Shown: positions 60,394 to 64,000 of the stretch, in pieces
Numbering within the stretch: the first letter of the stretch is position 1
How the letters are laid out: each line of letters begins with the position of its first letter
DNA from: an uncultured Verrucomicrobiae bacterium
Lineage (GTDB): Bacteria > Verrucomicrobiota > Verrucomicrobiia > Palsa-1439
Reading direction: 5' to 3'
NCBI GenBank assembly: GCA_963766065.1
Contig: CAVYAC010000104.1
Coordinates: 1,516-65,515, forward strand
DNA length: 64,000 bases
The notes under the pieces: model-generated
Told to the model about the DNA's origin: nothing
The model's database searches: none
Seen by the model: the letters and a program-made list of their open reading frames with translations, nothing else
Made by a program: the position numbers and the translations under genes

Positions 60394-61119
60394 TTACGCG
60401 CGCTCCTCGATGAAGGTTTGCATGTCGTCGGGCATTTCAGCAGCGAAGGTGGCGCGTTCCCGTGTGCGCGGATGAAGAAACGCCACGCGCTCGGCGTGGA
60501 GGGCGTGGCGCGGCATGAGCAACCTGTCCAGCATCTCGTTCGTCACTCCATCCTTGATGAACTGCAAATACAACGTTTCGTCAGGCCCGTAGACTTTGTC
60601 GCCGACAATCGGATGACCGAGCCACGCTAGGTGCACACGCAATTGATGGGCGCGGCCCGTGCGCGGTGTCAGCCGGACCACCGTAAACCCGCGTAACCGT
60701 TTTTCGACGGCGAACTCGGTCCGGCTCGGTTTGCCGGCGGCGCTGTCCACCACGCGCTTGGTGTAGACGACGGAGGTCTGGCTGACGGCGATGGGTTGAT
60801 CGATCACGCCCCGGTCCTGTTTGAATTCGCCCCAGCAGATCGCCTGATACTCTTTTTCGATCTCGCGGCGCAAGACGGCTTTCCCGAGCGTTTTGGCGGC
60901 GGACTCGTTCTTTGCGACCACGATCAGGCCGCTCGTTTCGCGGTCGAGACGGTTGATCATGCGCGGAGTCGGCACGCCGTGGTCACGCAACCAGTCCGCG
61001 AGCGAGCCGTACTCGGGGCGCTGCGCCGAATGGCAGACCATCCCGCCCGGTTTGTCCACCACGAGAATGTCGTCGTCCTCGAAGACGACCTGGGGCGGGG
61101 CGTTCGTCACCATGTGCAC
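60394..61119 (-). CDS. RluA-family pseudouridine synthase
   Basis: ILVVDKPGGMVCH and NRLDRETSGLIVVAKN (catalytic Asp). Confidence 0.9.
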   Translation of the reverse strand: MHMVTNAPPQVVFEDDDILVVDKPGGMVCHSAQRPEYGSLADWLRDHGVPTPRMINRLDRETSGLIVVAKNESAAKTLGKAVLRREIEKEYQAICWGEFKQDRGVIDQPIAVSQTSVVYTKRVVDSAAGKPSRTEFAVEKRLRGFTVVRLTPRTGRAHQLRVHLAWLGHPIVGDKVYGPDETLYLQFIKDGVTNEMLDRLLMPRHALHAERVAFLHPRTRERATFAAEMPDDMQTFIEERA

Positions 61120-61166
61120 GGCGCATGTTAGCGGTTGCGCGAAGCCGCTGGCAATGAAAAGCGCCG

Positions 61167-61511
61167 TCAGAAGGTTTTGCCGTTCCAGCCCCAGAGGGTG
61201 GGCTTGATGTCGGCGAAGTTGATGTAGACCCTGTCCGGCGGGATACCGATTTGGGATTGCATCAAGCCGCAGAGCATTTGGGACAGCTTGCCGGTCCTGG
61301 ACTCCGGCAGACCGATGCCGCGCAAATCGAGGAAGGCGCAGGGAGCGTTTCTTCCCGCGAACAGCATGGAAACCGGGGTTTCCACCGACACCATCACATA
61401 TTGCTCGGGCTTGCTGAGTTCGGTGGCGACCAACCAGGATGCGGCCTTCAACAGCTCGCGCTTCTGGTCGGCGTCGATGGACTGGTTGGTGGTGATTCTC
61501 AAGTATGGCAT
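61167..61511 (-). CDS. MIF / phenylpyruvate tautomerase-family protein
   Basis: N-terminal MP (catalytic Pro1), 114 aa, with MIF-like pattern ...YVMVSV...CAFLDLRGIG. Confidence 0.7.
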   Translation of the reverse strand: MPYLRITTNQSIDADQKRELLKAASWLVATELSKPEQYVMVSVETPVSMLFAGRNAPCAFLDLRGIGLPESRTGKLSQMLCGLMQSQIGIPPDRVYINFADIKPTLWGWNGKTF

Positions 61512-61567
61512 GGTGCGCTCCTGTTCATTCTTCCATTGGCTGCGCCGTTCCTGTGGCGGAGCCGGTG

Positions 61568-62344
61568 TTAGCTTGGATCCTGCCTATAATACAGCTTGAG
61601 CTCCTCGTAAAGTCCCGGATGACGTTCTTGGAGCTGCTGAGGCTGTTCGAAGAAGTATTCGGTCACCACGGCGAAGAACTCGGCGGGATTGGTGGCCCCG
61701 TATTTGTCGAGGAGGGTCGGACGATCGGCATCGGCGGCCTCGGACAACGCCTGGTATTCCTTGCTGAGAACACGGGCCCACGCGCGATACATGGAAGTCC
61801 TCGGCAGGGCCGGCGCGCCGTCCACGAACCCGTTTTCCCCGTCAAGCTGGTGGGCGAACTCGTGGAGGGCGACGTTTCGTCCGCCGCTCGGGTCCGACGG
61901 CCGATGGAGGACATGGTTCCACGAGATGACCACGGCGCCGGTCCGCCAGGATTCGCCCGCGCGCATTTCGTGGGTTTCGATGATCTCGTTGCCCGGACCC
62001 CAGCGCGTGACGGGGACGGGGTAGGCATCGGGGTAGACCAGAATCGATTGGAGACGGGGATAGTAGTCGTGGTGCTCGATATGCAGCAGGAGCATGCAGG
62101 CGTAGGCGGCAATGGTGACCTTGATTTCATCGGTCATTTCCAGACCGCCACAGCCCTCGAAGTTTTTTTCGGCGATGAAGACTTCGATTATTCCTTGCAA
62201 CTCGTGTTGCTCGGCCGGGGTCAGCCGCGCGCAGTGGGGGACATTACGCTGGAGGACGGCCAGCCACGCGGCGGGAAATGGCTGCGAACGGAGGCGATGA
62301 CGGCGTTTGGTCTTGAATCCGAACATGGTCAGTCGATTGGGCAC
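61568..62344 (-). CDS. MtfA-like zinc metallopeptidase (M90)
   Basis: HEFAHQLD zinc motif, NPAEFFAV, and about 258 aa. Confidence 0.75.
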   Translation of the reverse strand: MPNRLTMFGFKTKRRHRLRSQPFPAAWLAVLQRNVPHCARLTPAEQHELQGIIEVFIAEKNFEGCGGLEMTDEIKVTIAAYACMLLLHIEHHDYYPRLQSILVYPDAYPVPVTRWGPGNEIIETHEMRAGESWRTGAVVISWNHVLHRPSDPSGGRNVALHEFAHQLDGENGFVDGAPALPRTSMYRAWARVLSKEYQALSEAADADRPTLLDKYGATNPAEFFAVVTEYFFEQPQQLQERHPGLYEELKLYYRQDPS

Positions 62345-62690
62345 AACATACCACGATTTTGCATCGGTGGTGGCACATCCCTAGCTTTGATAGACCTCGA
62401 TGAAAGCGCCGACAAAGGCCCGGCTCGCCCAAAGCGGCGGGGGACGGATGATCCTCCATCTGCTGACGCTGCGGCGGGACCGGCATTTGGGCTGGCACCT
62501 GGCGGGCATGATGCGGGAAGTCAGACGGATAGTGCGGTTGCTGCAGTTCTAGCCGGGCGTCGCGTTTGTGATGGGGCGGTGAGGGTAATGTCATCGGGGT
62601 TGTCACTTTGCGGTTGCTTCTGAGGTCGGATGTGCAAGATTTGGTGGCGACGTTGACTCGGAGCGGAGATTGTTTTGACCGGGAAAACCC

Positions 62691-63146
62691 ATGACTGAGC
62701 TGATCTTGATGGCGCATGTTTTGTTTGGGGTGACGTGCCTCGTTGCGGCGGTGTGGATATTCGTCGATGTGTTGCACGCCACCGAGACAAACCAGGCGCG
62801 GATCAGAAGGATGAGTCGAGCCGCGGCGGTATTCATGTGGGTGGCATTTTGCATTGGCGGCTACTGGTACGTCGTCTTCTACAAGGTGGACAAGGCGATC
62901 ATCCTGAAGGGACCGTGGCCGTTCGCCCACAGTTTCTTCATGGAGACGAAGGAACATCTGGTCATCATGCTGCTGGTGCTGGTGACGTATCTTCCGATTG
63001 CCGCGGCCAACAACCTGGCAGCAAACAAAGACGCGCGTCGGGTAGTGCTGTGGGTGGCGGGCATGATTGCGTTGGTTGCGTTACTGATGGAGGGCGAAGG
63101 CGCAATCATTGCGATGGGAGTGAAAGTGGCGTTACTGGCGAAGTAA
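62691..63146 (+). CDS. Integral membrane protein (hypothetical)
   Basis: Four TM segments and no recognised motif. Confidence 0.5.
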   Translation: MTELILMAHVLFGVTCLVAAVWIFVDVLHATETNQARIRRMSRAAAVFMWVAFCIGGYWYVVFYKVDKAIILKGPWPFAHSFFMETKEHLVIMLLVLVTYLPIAAANNLAANKDARRVVLWVAGMIALVALLMEGEGAIIAMGVKVALLAK

Positions 63147-63154
63147 GACCAAGA

Positions 63155-63487
63155 ATGACCCCGGACATGGAAAACGTCGGCGTCTCGAAATACACGATCG
63201 CGTTCGGGTTGTCCGCGGCGCTCGCCAGCGTGGTCAATGCGTTGCTGGTGATCGCGAAAGAGAAGAGTCAGGCGGTGCAAGCCGGGATGCAAAAACTTAC
63301 CGGGCATCATTGGGTGACCCACTGTGTCATCGTTCTCGTTGTGTTTGGATTCTTCGGCTGGCTGTTCGCGCGGGCCAATGGTGGACGGGGAGTGCAGATG
63401 AGCGTCAATCGATTGATCGGGACGCTTGTGGCGGGAGTGGTGGTGGGCGGACTTGTTATTGTGGGGTTCTATTTGATCGGCGATTGA
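63155..63487 (+). CDS. Small integral membrane protein (hypothetical)
   Basis: ATG at 63155 within ORF 62735..63487, with three hydrophobic segments. Confidence 0.45.
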   Translation: MTPDMENVGVSKYTIAFGLSAALASVVNALLVIAKEKSQAVQAGMQKLTGHHWVTHCVIVLVVFGFFGWLFARANGGRGVQMSVNRLIGTLVAGVVVGGLVIVGFYLIGD

Positions 63488-63491
63488 CGGC

Positions 63492-64000
63492 ATGCGAACC
63501 ACACGATGCCTGGCCGTTGTCGCAGGAGTGGCAATCCTCGGCGCAATTTTCGTCAGGAACGCGTACGGTGGCCCGCCGTTTGTCACCGACGACCCCGAAC
63601 CGGTGGATTATCAGCATTGGGAGTTCTACGTTGCTTCGCAGGACACCAAGGTGCCGGGCGACTGGTCGGGTACCGGGCCGCATTTCGAACTGAACTACGG
63701 CGTGATTTCCAACGTGCAACTGCACGTGATTGCGCCGCTGGCGTACGACGCGCCATCGGTCGGCGCGGCGCATTACGGTTATGGTGACACGGAACTGGGC
63801 GTGAAATTCCGCTTCATCCAGGAGACGAATTGGCTGCCGCAAGTGGGTGTGTTCCCGCTGCTGGAGGTTCCCACGGGCAGCAGCCGGGACAATCTCGGCA
63901 CGGGCCATCTACAGGGGTTCGTGCCCGTGTGGCTGCAAAAGAGTTGGGGTGACTGGACGGCGTATGGCGGTGGCGGCTACGGCATCAATTCCTTTGATGG
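63492..64000 (+). CDS. Outer-membrane beta-barrel transporter (MetA/phenol-degradation-like family), 3'-partial
   Basis: Hand translation is open to the window end. Signal peptide MRTTRCLAVVAGVAILGAIF, then PFVTDDPEPV...YGYGDTELGVKFRF. Confidence 0.6.
   Translation, partial: MRTTRCLAVVAGVAILGAIFVRNAYGGPPFVTDDPEPVDYQHWEFYVASQDTKVPGDWSGTGPHFELNYGVISNVQLHVIAPLAYDAPSVGAAHYGYGDTELGVKFRFIQETNWLPQVGVFPLLEVPTGSSRDNLGTGHLQGFVPVWLQKSWGDWTAYGGGGYGINSFD

Overview
High-GC bacterial chromosome segment. PEP-CTERM proteins, Gloeo_Verruco (GloVer) repeats, RCC1/LamG exoproteins and an Flp pilin suggest a Verrucomicrobiota-like organism; this is inference, since no database search was possible and all product calls rest on motifs read from the ORF translations. 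Core genes: partial MscS, adenosine deaminase plus a TGS-uridine-kinase-like gene, GH31 hydrolase, LacI, zwf-opcA, yebC-ruvC, ruvA, ruvB, oligopeptidase B, a GspF-like protein, MFS transporter, RluA, MIF-type tautomerase and MtfA. Accessory content: (1) a metal-uptake supercluster at 6.2-15.4 kb holding nikR coupled to a TonB-dependent receptor, two small His/Cys ORFs that share a conserved tail, a Fur-family gene, a second receptor, and tonB-exbB-exbD. (2) A roughly 4 kb secreted nuclease/phosphatase-fold plus phosphoesterase plus PKD gene broken into six frames. (3) A three-fold cassette of LamG-RCC1-lectin gene, PEP-CTERM gene and REP-flanked RAYT-type HUH transposase at 28.4-35.8 kb, in which two lectin copies are cut off exactly at a REP. 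(4) A roughly 12.3 kb segment at 37.6-50.0 kb bracketed by a 31-nt direct repeat of the 3' end of tRNA-Leu(GAG), with a decayed integrase. It carries a multi-PAS hybrid kinase, a collagen/tail-fibre-like protein, an Flp pilin and a GloVer protein. The candidate I would follow up first is a conserved three-hairpin leader followed by a ~35-codon uORF abutting the start codon, present upstream of two secreted-protein genes in that segment. At least 13 frameshifts and 4 in-frame stops occur in the window, almost all in accessory genes. This is either real gene decay or assembly error, and I cannot tell which from sequence alone. No rRNA genes or CRISPR arrays were seen.
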